The translations under genes and the position numbers were made by a program. Source: Gonapodya sp. JEL0774 (lineage: Eukaryota). Taken from it: DNA of 64,000 nt. The notes under the pieces were generated by a model that worked only from the letters and a program-made list of their open reading frames with translations, searched no databases and was not told the origin of the DNA. The stretch is from positions 1 to 64,000 of the forward strand of contig JADIIX010000083.1 in NCBI GenBank assembly GCA_027604505.1, read 5' to 3'. Positions 12,278-24,066 of the stretch are shown here, one piece after another; the first letter of the stretch is position 1, and the number at the start of each line of letters is the position of its first letter.

Positions 12278-14816
12278 ATGGAGGCGTTCTGGGAAGAGGA
12301 GGGGGGAAGGGAGCAACCTAGGGCAGCTGCTGAAATCGATTGCTCTGAAGAGGACAATGAGGACTTCTGGGCTGGTGTTCAGAACTCAGGGAATCCTGGT
12401 AGTCCCAACCCCTCCGAGTTCCTCTCCTCCAATCCCTCTTCTGCTTCCGTGCTTCCACGTACCGACAATGGGTTTTCTCGAATTGCCCTTGACGACAATA
12501 AAGCTGGTATGCAAGGTCTCAACAAGGAACGTATCAACTCTATCATTTTTGAGACTTCCAAGGGGTCCAGGTTCTATCAGAATGAAGCAAGGAAGGACGA
12601 GGCGGCGCAGAGCCGCATAGAACGAGCAGTGAAAGAGCTGGAGCGCCTGAAAACGCTCGATCTCACTCGGGAGCGAAGCATTGTTGAGCAAATGTGTGCA
12701 AAATTGGAAGGAGAGCGTGATCTTGGAACAGTCGTCGTGCATGTTGACATGGACGCGTTCTATTGTGTGAGTCGAGCATACATCTTATGCTATGGCTACA
12801 ACAAATTATTACATTGCCGACAATTACATCATCTCACTGCAGGCTGTGGAGGAGCGAGATGATCCTACTCTGAAAGGAACTGCATTTGCAGTCGGCGTGA
12901 GTCTTGTTTGTCGGGCCGAAGATAGCATCTCATATTTATGGGATATTTTGTTCAGGGCACTGCAATGCTTACAACAGCATCCTATGCGGCTCGTGCTTTT
13001 GGTGTTCGCGCAGCCATGCCTGGATATATAGCTCAGCGCCTTTGCCCAGAGTTGAAATTTGTGAAACCGGATCACGCAAAATACTCTCGAGCCAGTAGCG
13101 AAGTGCGGAAAATATTGTCCGTGGGTGTGACGCACCTTTAACAGTTCGCAATTGTGTGGTTTAGCTGACATAAGATTTGAATACCATTCGTCTCGCCACA
13201 AAAACAAATTCGCAAGCGATACGATCCCCATTTCCGCCCCATGTCTCTAGACGAGGCCTATCTCGACCTCACTTTGTATCTACATGAGCATCCTGAGGAG
13301 TCCCCAGGCTCGATTGTAGAAAAGATGCGCAACGAGATCGCCACCGAAACTGGGCTGACGGCAAGCGCTGGCATTGCTGCAAATGCGTGAGTCTCCTTTG
13401 TTAATGAGTCATTTGGTGTTTTGCTGAATGAAGTTCTCCAGGCTTCTTGCAAAGGTGTGCTCAGGTGGATAATTCCGGGCGCATTTCCGTGTTCAGACTT
13501 GCTCGGGCTCACATCGCATCATCTTTAGATCGAAACAAACCGAATGGCCAATTCTGCCTTCCTCCTGATCGCAGTGCAATACTTGCGTTTGTGCACGCAT
13601 TACCTGTTCGCAAGCCACCAGGAATCGGAAAAGTGACAGAAAAGTTCCTGCACGCGTTGGGGATCAAAACGTGTGGAGAAATGGTGAGTCAGCACTGTCA
13701 CCTCGGTCATATCACACGCGCTTACTCTGTTGCATAGTGGGACAGCCGGCTCTATCTCTACAAGCTCTGCTCGGTGGCAAGTTTTGACTATTTCATGCGA
13801 GTGGCGATGGGTATTGGAAATGGACCTGCCGATGAGCAGTGAGTCACATATGTAACCGCTCGGCCACATAAAGATCGACTAAGTTGACTTGATGTTCTGG
13901 AGCCCAAGCTTTGGCAGTGGGCCTGACAGAAAATCAATCAGTCACGAAACCACATTTAGCCCCACGTCTGATGCAGCGGTGATGCGATCCACTCTTCTTC
14001 GGCTCTCGCAAGCTTTGGCAGAAGAAATGGCGGAAGAGAAGATTAAAGGACATACTTTGACGGTCAAGCTCAAGAGGTCCGATTTTCGAGTATTCCAAAG
14101 ATCTAAGCGAATGTCTAGATTTGCGAGAAAGGAAGACGAGATATTTGTTGCTGCTGCTGAAGTGAGAATGCTGATTTGGCACATGCCACTCCGTATAACT
14201 CCAAATATTTGAGGATAGCTACTTGAAGAAGAACTCGCCGCCAATCCCGGTATGGAGTTACGTCTGATGGGTGTGAGACTATCCGGTCTCGCGGCAACAG
14301 AAGTTGATAAGAACGTGGGAATTGCAAAGGTGGGTTCACCCGGCAAGTCGCGAACAAAGAAAGAATATTGCTGTGATTTGATTTCTGTACTTTGTGCAAC
14401 AGTACCTCAAAATTCCAATGACTTCCGTTGCAATCAAAACGGATGACAGCACTGACCCGTTAGTGGTCAATACTCAACATCATGCGAGCAACCCGAATGC
14501 ATTGCCTCCCCAAGGCGAGCCCCCAACTTATTCTAACGATACTTCATCAATTTCGCGAGCATCCACTGACCGTAATTCCCTCGTTGGTTCTCGCGTTGCT
14601 CCCTCCTCCGTGCTACCACCGATCACCTCGTATCCCTGCCCTGTGTGCGGTCATACCGTGCAAAGTGGGGCTGATTTGGTGCGGTTAAACATACACGTTG
14701 ATGCTTGTCTTAAAGGAGGTGGGGAATGCTCGAAGTTGCGCTCTGCTGGGAAACGGAAGCGAGCAGATGAAGATTCGGGCAGGAGTAAGAGCCTCCGAGC
14801 ATTTGGATTCCATTGA
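12278..14816 (+). CDS. POLK: DNA polymerase kappa (Y-family, DinB1), multi-exon
   Basis: N-clasp region NKAGMQGLNKERINSIIFETSKGSRFY; catalytic VHVDMDAFY and MSLDEAYLDLT; TASYAARAFGVRAAMPG; RKSISHETTF little finger; C-terminal UBZ finger CPVC...HVDAC. Confidence 0.95.
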
Positions 14817-14984
14817 ACCACTTTTTGAGTGTATTTATCACATGCAATTTGTGAACGTCCAAAATCGCATGCTTCTACAGTAATTAACCTCAAAACCAAT
14901 TCTGAACTCAACTGATTGACAAATAGAAATTGATTACTACAGTTGTACTCATTATCCGATCTGGATGGCTCTAGATAGCTCTAT

Positions 14985-15653
14985 TTTATAAGTCTGACCC
15001 CAACCCACTTAAGTCTGATCTAAATACATTGAACTTTGACATATGTACTGGAGTCCGACGCAAATACATTGAACTCCAACCCGACACACTGAAGTCTGAC
15101 CTATGCACACTGAACTCGGACCTGAACTCTGACCCAGCACACTGAAGTCTGACCTACGTACACTGAAGTCTGCTCTAAGCACACTGAAATCTGACCTGAC
15201 ACCTCAAAGCCCGATCAACACACCCCAAAAAGTTGTAAGATAAGTGATAATTCATGATATCATCTCTCTGAAATATTTTGCAACATTTTGCGAATCCCAT
15301 AGTCTCAAAATCACGAAAGAGGAGCTCAGGTTGGATGTACATTATTAATGAGAAAATGAGAATCGTCATTCAATCTAGGTTATCTGGGACAATACAGCAT
15401 GAGGGAAAATACTTCAGTATTATCATAATGCACTACAATAGTCCCTTTCAAATTGAGCTCAGTATCAGAATTTGGCTCAGTGCATGACCGTTGGATTCGG
15501 TGTGCTGTGGGTCAGAAGTTCAAGGTATTACGTAGGTCAGACTTCAGTGTGCTGGGTCAGAGTTCAGTGTGCATAGGTCAGACTTCAGTGTGTCGGGTCA
15601 GAGTTCAGGATGCGTGGGTCAGACTTCAGGGTGGTGGGTCAGAGTTCAGTAAC
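14985..15653. mobile_element. Foldback/MITE-like element with internally repetitive inverted arms
   Basis: The left arm (~14985-15200) is an array of ~20-21-bp units CACACTGAAGTCTGACC / CTGAACTCTGACC. The right arm (~15510-15653) is the reverse complement (GGTCAGACTTCAGTGTG / GGTCAGAGTTCAG). An AT-rich ~300-bp spacer lies between. No transposase or clear TSD. Confidence 0.65.
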
Positions 15654-15739
15654 TTGGCTTTTGTTTTTGGGCGTGCTGACCGTGCACACTTCAAAGTCCC
15701 AACTCTATTAATTCGAGTTCTCGAAAAAAGCCTTCCACC

Positions 15740-18700
15740 ATGCCAGTTGCGACACGAGCAAATGGAAATGCCGACAACCTGTCGCACGATGGGGATTCTG
15801 ATCATGATGAGCAGCTGCTAGACGAGGATATCGACTTCAGGGACATTGATGCTCGTTTCCAACAACGATTAGATTCACTTCCCAACCCGTTTGATTCTAT
15901 TGTTGTGGTCGATAATGTCCCTATCGTGGATAAAAGCAAAGAAGAAAGACTTTTCACCGTCATTAGGAAGACTTTCAAACAGATTGGGCAGTTCGCAGAT
16001 GACGAAAATGGAGGCATTTTCATGCCATATGACGACAAGACGGGGAAGAGCAAAGGGTTAGTATATGAATTGGGGAGTGGGATTGCTGCATTTTGAACTG
16101 TGATTCTTTGGAGTTTGTCCATCCGCCAGTTGTGGGTCCTGGGTTAATCGGCGAGTGGGTTGGTCGGGACAATAGAGCAGTCCCGCCCGATTATATGAGC
16201 TCGTCTATGCTTATGTTTTCTTTCAAATCTGTGGAGATTTTATTGTGTCGGCATACCAAACCCATCTTGTGCTTCTTGTAAACAGGTTCCTCTTTCTCAC
16301 ATTTACACATCCTTCTGAAGCTCGACTTGCGGTGAAGGAAGCTGATGGTTATCGCCTCGACCGACAGCACGTTCTTCGCGTGAACCACTTCGCTGACGTC
16401 CAAAGGATGGCAGAGCTGGAAGAGGAGTGGCAGGAACCGCCAGAAAATGAGAACGAGGGAGACGACGGAGAGGATAGCGTTGTACAAGCGATGGTGAGTC
16501 CTTCGCAAAATTCAATGAAGGAATTAAGTGCTGTTCGCGAGGTGCTTGAGTTTTTATGTATGAAGCTCTCCGTGAATGGTTCCAGTGACGGCTCCCGGAT
16601 TTTGGTCACCTCGCACAGTGGGCTTTCTGCTGGATGAATGCGTTTGCTGCGTCACATCAATTGTATCTAACTGTTCTCCTCATCTCACGATCCAACCTGA
16701 TAATGCTTGCCTTCGAAGGCACAAATAAACTCTCACCTCCTTCACCCTTCTTCAGCTCAACGGGACCAATTCCTCCTTATGCGCAACGACGAAGTGGGAC
16801 TCTTTTGGAACACTGGGAAGGGCGAACCGGAACTCGAGTTCTCTCGTGCAGTGAGTAATGTCCCGCGACCTACCATCGAATGAATTCTGATCGAACATTC
16901 GGACCGGTGTTGCAAGAATTGGACCGATCATCCTCCCCTGTTTTCTCCTCAAGGATCTTTTGTGTGCACATTCCACAAGCAGGGCATTGCGCTGTGGTGT
17001 GGCCCAAAGTTCACCCGGGTAGCGCGATGGGTGCATCCCGGTGCCCGTTTGGTCGAATGGTCCCCATTGGAAGGTTATGCTTGCACATGGGGTCCCGATG
17101 TTATTATGGGCGAAGATGGAGAGCAGTGGGTGAGTCTGGCTGTTGAGAGACCAACGGTAGTCGCCACAACCCCCAATAATTGGGTAAAGCCCCGCTGATG
17201 TCTGCAAAACTACACCCGGACGTGTCGAAAGACAGTGGATGGGTCCAACTCACGACGGAATCTGTGGCTGCAACTGTCGGTTTCCAGTGGACTGTAGCAC
17301 TCCCACGCTCCATCCAAGGGATATGCATATATCCACCCAGTCTTTAGAGCATGTGCTTGTCCTGGGTGGATGTACCGTCCCTTGTAGTTTGGCGTGGTTG
17401 AGACCTGCGCTTCGCATTCAAGATTGGCTGGTGCGGTCACGTTCATATGGTTGGAGGGAACGGAATGCTGAGGGGTTGTAATGGTTTTGGTGCCGTTGCA
17501 GTACTTCTCTTTTATATATTGTTGTGATCCACGAGGCTATTGTGATGTTTAACGTTTTGCTTTGATATTCTACAGAATTGCGCCATTTGGTCGAGCAGCC
17601 CCTCGTCGTCGGCCCAACCATTGCGTACATTTCTTGTTGAGCCTCCTCCTCCTGCAAACCCGACGAACTCGGACTCGAAGCGTCATCTCGATTGGCCTGT
17701 GTTTCGGTTCTCTCACGATGACAAGTACGTCGCACGGATGGTGCAGGGGGAAAAGTCAGGAATATACGTCTACGAACTGCCGGGAATGGGATTGGAGTCA
17801 AAAAAGCCAATTAGGGTATGTGAATTACGCAGGTCAACGTGTTTGGGGACTAAACTTTGCATCACGCTCGCGATATGTTTGCGGCAGATTGATGAGATCC
17901 AGGCGTTCACCTGGTCCCCCACCGAAAATGTTCTAGCTTACTGGGTGCCAGAAGTGGCGAACAATCCGGCCCGCGTTACTGTCACCAACTTTCATCAACG
18001 GGACTCGCCTCTCCGAACAAAGAACCTGTTCAATGTGGCAGACGTAGGTTGTCGACTTGGCGGAGCATTCTGCTTGGTACCATTATCTCAACGTACTTTC
18101 TTGTTCCTTTACCGACCCTAGTGCAAAATGTTTTGGAGTCCTAGTGGATCCCACCTCGCTGTGCAAGTCACGAGATTCACTAAGACCAAAAAGTCGACTT
18201 TCACAAACTTTGAGATTTTTAGATTCAAGGAAAAAGAAGTTCCTGTCGATGTGAGTTTCATCGTCGGTTTGAACTAGTGTGCGCTGCTTTCATGTGTTTT
18301 CGACTTTGCTTAGGTTGTCGAAATTAAACAGTCAGAAGTCATCACTCAATTTGCTTGGGAACCGTCTGACACAACTTATCGGTTCGCAGTACTTGCGAAT
18401 GAAGGCACTGGTGCTGCCACAAAGACAATTGTATACATCTACGACGTTCCGCCACCTGCTGCAGCGCAGACGCCTGCCTTGAGTGCCGGCAAGGAACCTG
18501 CGGTACCCATCGCATCCAAGGTATTCAGGCAACTGGACCGAAAAAGTGTGATTGGCGTGCATTGGAGCCCGAAAGGACGGTTCATGGTGCTCCGGGGTAC
18601 TGGTGGTGACGTAGAGTTCCAGGATGTGGACGAGGGTACGACCATGGCCCAGCAGGAGCATTTTGGAATGAGCGGTGTGGAATGGGACCCTAGTGGACGA

Positions 18701-19232
18701 TATGTTGCGAGCATGGTCACTGGGTGGAAGACCGGAGTGGGTATTATGCGAATCTGTCGCTCTATCGTACCTCGGCTAAAATTTCGTGCAGCTCGATACT
18801 GGGTACAATATTTACACCTTAACAGGCCAGCCACTTATTCGTAAGACTTTGATGGGTCTGCGCTATTTCGCTTGGCGACCACGCCCTTCCACTCTCCTAT
18901 CTGCCGAGCAGATGAAGACGATCCGGAGAAACCTGCGAAAATACTCCGAAAAGTACGATAAGATGGATGCTCAACGTGAAACCGAGGTCGACCGGGAATC
19001 CAAGGAAAGGCAGAAAAGGCTTTGGGACGAATGGGTTGCGTATCGCAAAGAGTGCGCCGAGAGGTTCCTCGAATCGAAAGAATTAAGACTGAGGTTGAGA
19101 GGCTGGGACGAGGAGGAGAGACCAGTGGAGGGAGCGGTAGAACGGGATGGAGGAGAGATAGTCGAAGAGTGGGTGGAGGAAGTAGTGGAAGAATACGAAG
19201 AAGAATTGCCCGATGAACTGGAGGATGATTGA
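15740..19232 (+). CDS. PRT1: Eukaryotic translation initiation factor 3 subunit B (Prt1), multi-exon
   Basis: RRM (IVVVDNVPIVD...KSKG|FLFLTF...DGYRLDRQHVLRVNHFAD). Beta-propeller motifs WPVFRFSHDDKYVAR, FTWSPTENVLAYWVPE, LRTKNLFNV, VEWDPSGRYVA and FAWRPRPSTLLS...IRRNLRKYS. Confidence 0.95.
16112..16258 (+). ncRNA. Candidate intronic box H/ACA snoRNA (eIF3b intron 1)
   Basis: Hairpin closed by UUGUCC(16115)/GGACAA(16167), H box AGAGCA (16174-16179), a second weaker hairpin (CCGA.../...UCGG) and AUA at 16253. It lies in a 229-nt intron. Confidence 0.35.
17152..17498 (+). ncRNA. Unidentified highly structured intronic RNA (eIF3b 446-nt intron 17130-17575)
   Basis: Several nested complementary helices were read by eye (see findings), with a GAAA tetraloop and G-U pairs that favour the sense strand. 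Confidence 0.55.
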
Positions 19233-19312
19233 ACATGAAAATTTTGTGTATTGTTTGAAACGCGCATTTTTTCGAACAATCTAGGTCACACGAGTGACAG
19301 CACGAATGCTAA

Positions 19313-20149
19313 TTAGTCTAGTATCACTACACTCCAAAGAACCCCTCCTGGTTGCTGAACAAGGACTTGGTTAAGAAATCCAGCATTGAAGATCGCGTCA
19401 ACAAGGCGATCGGCAGGGCTACCGTTGGTCAAGGGGAAATAGCACAAGGAAGGGGACCGACCGCACGGGGAGAGGGAACAAACAACAACAGGCCCTCTTA
19501 TTTACTCACTAAAAGTCTTCCTGCTTGGAGATCTTCCACAGTCCATCAGTATCCCTTTCACACCACACAAATGCAATCGTTCGCACACTCGTCAGCGGGT
19601 TCAACCATCTCCAGATACAATATCCAAACCCAACGGCAAAAGTGATAACCAAAAACCATACGCATGCAAACAGTGGTGCCAAAGGAGGAAGAGCAAATGA
19701 GGGAAACAAGAGGGAAAGAGTTCCAGGAGGTGATTGGGAGCAGGGACCCAAGGAGGTGGCGATATTTGTGGTGGAACTCCTGCTTCACATCAACAACTAC
19801 CAGATGACTTAAAATGTGGTGAAAGGGGGATTGAGGTCCAGGAGGAGATCAGTCACGTGGCATAGCTGACGAACAACACTTACGCATCGGGATTCCACAA
19901 TGTAACATTGACGCTTGGTTGGTTTCAATAGAGCTGCCTCGTCCATAATTCATACACTTGTTCAAATTTGTGACCACCACGCGTTCTCCCCCATGGATGA
20001 ACAAATTCAACATCAACCGACGTGAACTTTCGAATCGCTCGCCGTTGTAGAACTTGCATCTCGTCATCTTGAAACGGAGAACCATCTGCTTCAGAGACGG
20101 AGAGGATTTGAGACGATATCTTAGCGATTTCGGCGGGGGGATCTTCCAT
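19313..20149 (-). pseudogene. Disrupted fungal NTF2/SnoaL-like (SigF-like) domain gene
   Basis: Reads MEDPPAEIAKI...LQRRAIRKFTSVDVEFVHPWGRT...ELWTRQLY*NQPSVNVTLWNPDA|HLVVVDVKQEF. A +1 frameshift is then needed to reach ...VRTIAFVWCERDTDGLWKISKQEDFY|PADRLVDAIF. In-frame TGA at 19925-19927; splice sites are intact. Confidence 0.6.
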
Positions 20150-20374
20150 GGTAGTTGAAAGCGAAATCAACAGCGTGTTAACACGTCATCATTCTCCTTA
20201 TCTCGACCGCAGCACAAAGCATCAGCATTCGATCAATCTCATCAAACATTGTAGAGTCTGCACAATTTTCTGCAGCGTCGAACACCGAAACGTGAACATC
20301 CTACGATCGTTGGGAGAGGCTGGTCGAGGAGGCAACGCTGCTGATCAAACCAAATCAACAACGAACCGAATCAC

Positions 20375-20850
20375 ATGGGCCGGCGAACAACGTTTTTAGC
20401 GTCCACGGCGGTTGCATTTATTGCATGGATTGCACTTCTCTTTCATGAGCAATTTGCGCCGGGAATCTCAGTACCAGGGTACATGGATGATGTAGCTCCA
20501 GCTGTGGGTATCGGACCCTCAATTGTCTGCATCAGCGAGTGACACAACGAAACGACATAATGAATGATGTCATGGTGCGTTTGTTTGTGTGCTCAAAGCC
20601 GTTCCGTCTTCCTTGCAGCTTCCCCTGTGGGCCCTCGTTTCCTTCGGGGCCTACCTCTTGGGATCACTTGGATTGGCATTGTTTCAATTCCGGGACTGCC
20701 CGGAAGCTTTTGATGGCTTACAGGTGGTGAGTCTATCAGGAGATTCTCGTGAAATGAGCGACCTGTTTCCGACCCTTTCATTCCCTGTCCCTAAAGGACA
20801 TTGCTCGAGCCAAAGCCGAACTCAGGAGTCGTGGCATGCCGGTCATGTAG
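20375..20850 (+). CDS. DPM3: Dolichol-phosphate mannosyltransferase subunit 3
   Basis: Three exons: MGRRTTFLASTAVAFIAWIALLF...DDVAPA|LPLWALVSFGAYLLGSLGLALFQFRDCPEAFDGLQV|DIARAKAELRSRGMPVM*. Confidence 0.9.
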
Positions 20851-21320
20851 TTGGGAAAGGGAGTCTCGATATCGATATCTCATATCTTCGCACGTACCTG
20901 AATACACTGACTATCCAAAGGACTATTTGGACGATGACCCAAGATCGGCTGGACTCGATTCGGAAACTCTCCGATGTGAAAAAGGAACGTGACTTCAAAT
21001 GAAAATCTGACTCCTTGATAGCCATTCGTGGAATGGATGGTTTGTGCGGCGCAAGCCGACGCGCGAATCCGGATATCCTTCTCTCGTTTCCAATGTGCAA
21101 CTTCATACACGTGTTTCTGTTTGAGTCGAGCGGATCGCACTTGCGACAGAATTAACACTAAGGACGAACTTGTGGGCCAAAGTGTGTGCTCTTGAACCCT
21201 GCTTGAAGTGTCGAGAGAGGGGTATGTAGCAATAAGAGTTGGGTTGGAAAAATAACCCACTTAGAAAGGGACCAAGTTTGCTCTGTTACGTCCAATGGTA
21301 CAGATGGGATATTTGATACA

Positions 21321-24066
21321 CTACGCCGTTGAAACCTCATGGAGGTACGTTGCCAGCAATTTAATGCCTTCGATGTAGCTTTCAAGTTGGGAAAATGGAC
21401 ACGGTCAGTGGCGAAATATTAGACGACCTCAAACCATACAACTCACTTCTTCTTGTCGCTAACAGGTAAACGTATTCACAAAATGTCAGCACTCGAAGCC
21501 ACACAGAGTTGCTCGACAACCTACATTTTCTCATTAATGCTATGGGCCCCATCGTCTGCTGCACCCTTTGAAACGGAATTGCAATCGTTCAATCACAAGT
21601 GTTTCAATCCCAACCTCTTCCATCAAGAGGCAAATAACTTACCATTGGCAAGAGAAGAACGCTGACGCCAAGATTTTCCTGGAAGGTTAGAGTAACTGGA
21701 ATGGAACCACCCTGGAGTGAACCGGATGTCGCGGGCGAGGGTCTTAGAATGGACAACAACGAACTTTCTGAACTACCCTGAACGCACCTCTCTCGTCAAA
21801 TCCGGCGTGACACCAAACACTTTCTGCACCGCCTTCTTTGCAGCTGCATAACTAGGTCCCTCGGGATCAGCGAGCCACGCTTTTGCCCCGTGCAGAGGCT
21901 CCACGGTGCATTGGGTTTTTGAACCAAGTTTTGCGTGCTCACTCGCAATGAACGAGGAAACGAGGCGGTTGACGTCGTTGGGATCTACGAGAGAAGAGTG
22001 AACATGAGACAAGCTGCGATGGCGCAACAACACCTGACAATTTTGCGCACCCATATCTGGAACGAGCCGGATGCTAAACTTGCCAATAACCTTGGCCGGG
22101 ATTACCGTCTTGGCATGTTGATATATTTAGTCCTGAGCTCAGAAGCATATGAATTTGACCAAGAAATTACCTTTGCACCAGCTCCATAGAAGGCTCCTTC
22201 CACACCGTGAATACTCAGAGAAGGGTAACGCCACCTGAGCCGCCCATTACGGACATGATCAAAACACCGGCCCTTAAATCATCAGTGTTAAATCGCCCAC
22301 CGGTTCATCAGCACTTCTGCCTCGTCCCCCTTCATAGTGAAACAGAGCTTAGACGATTAGGACAGCGAGAGAATACTGACAACTAACCTGAATGACCACT
22401 TTCGCCCCAACAGCTTCTTCATACTCCGGGATAGCGAAGTCGATCCCATCGTATGTTGCACGCTCTTTAGTGGTGAGAGGCGACACTTGGTCCTTCGAAT
22501 GCAAAGGATTACTTTTGGTCATATCGAGGATGCTCAGGCTGATTACACACATAAATACCCGGAATCAAGATTTTGCCATCGGGTGACACGAGTTTGCTCA
22601 AGATCAAGCACCTGAAGAGAAAGCACCGGCCATCCCAGAATGAGTGCATGAGTGGATACATTCCCTGACGCCGCGCAAAGGTACCTACAGGTCCGTCATG
22701 GGTTCGTGTACAGTACCACCAAAGACACCAGAGTGAAGGTCCTTGCCTGGACCCTGAACCGTAACTGGAGTGACATTGAACAGCGCGTTCAGCATTATCC
22801 GAATACGGAGCGAGAATAGCGCCAACGTACCCTTGTAGTAGGAAATACCTCGCAGGCCATACGTAAGACAGGGCCGATTTTTGCCCAGCCAATCTGTTGA
22901 GGTGGGGAGCTCCGTCAATACTAACTACGTTGGGGGTGTGTGTCAGGGTTTGGGGCTCACAATTGTCGCTGATGCACACATAGTCCGTTCCTTTGAAATA
23001 GCCTTTAGCTTCTTTGACGATCAGCTCGTCGAGTCCTTCGGAGCCAGATTCTTGATGAGTGGGGGTTGTTTGCATGGACGGGAAAGAAGCCAGGGAAAGA
23101 AGCAATAGATTGAGAGAAGCATATGAGAGCGACAACAAAAATTTTCAAAGTAACAGTGGAAGTCGACGCAATACAACAATACTGACCTTCCATACCCTCG
23201 AAACACATCTTGAGACAGGATTTTGACATGAGAATGCTTGAACGTTTCAAGAATATGATTAACAGAAAGCCGCTCACCTTAACATTCACAGGTAGTTCAA
23301 GTCCCAGCTTTTGATGCGCTTCAATGACCCACAGCCACGAAAGTATCGGAGCCTTGTCATCGGTCGAGCCACGACCAAACAGGCGGCCCTGTGGGTCTTC
23401 CACCAAAGTGAACGGGTCTGTCGCCCAACCATCCGATTTTAGCGCCGGCTGAACATCGTAGTGGCCTTTCGAGTGGTATTTTCGAGAATTAGTTGCCAGC
23501 ACAAGCTTTGAAAGTCGATTTGAGCGGCGTGCTACCCGACTCAGAGAACAATGTTTCACAACTAGCATCACCACCCAATGGGTCACACTATCACTGAATC
23601 TAGCTCCTACATCAGATCACGATCTCTGCACACTCTGAAACTCACCGTACACAAGCACTGTCTTCTTTGATGGATCCGTTCCGTAGGTGCCCAGAATGAT
23701 AGGTGGAAGTTTCAATTGCCGACCTTCGAGCTCTTGAAATCCCGGGTCATGGGAGACATGAGAGATCCCCAGCTTGTCCATCCTTTCGGAGAAAAGTCAG
23801 CGTTCTGCACGTTTCCTTCACTTACACAGACTACTGACCAGGATATCAGGTATTCCCCCATCTTAACGACCTCAGCCCTGTAAATCGCATCACCAGAGAC
23901 ACTGCGAGTGTACAAAAGCGGCTTGAGCATTCGAAAAAGTGTTGGGGATCAAGAGTGGACTCGGTTGGAACCTTTTAATGGCAACAGCCTCCCCGAGTCT
24001 GCGAATATAATCAGCAGAGTTCAAATCCACGTGCGCAAAAAGACTGTCGAGTACGGCCGGCGCCAT
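21321..24066 (-). CDS. DUG1: Cys-Gly metallodipeptidase / cytosolic non-specific dipeptidase (M20A; Dug1/CNDP2), multi-exon
   Basis: Motifs [79 protein letters not shown] and [11 protein letters not shown], ending [18 protein letters not shown]. Confidence 0.95.

Noticed and set aside
14985..15653. CRISPR-like array
   Set aside because: The units are contiguous without unique spacers, occur as inverted arms, and lie in a eukaryotic context with no cas genes.
16618..16755. C/D snoRNA in a further eIF3b intron
   Set aside because: There is a CUGA but no good C box, and only a short (8-nt) possible rRNA complement.
17160..17500. RNase MRP/P, SRP RNA, hammerhead or TPP riboswitch identity for the intronic structure
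   Set aside because: Only superficial matches (GUAAAGCCCC, GUUGUAAUGG, CUGAUG...CGAAA). The partner motifs (CR-V, SRP helix 8, CUGAnGA core, TPP CUGAGA/GAUAAUAC) are absent.
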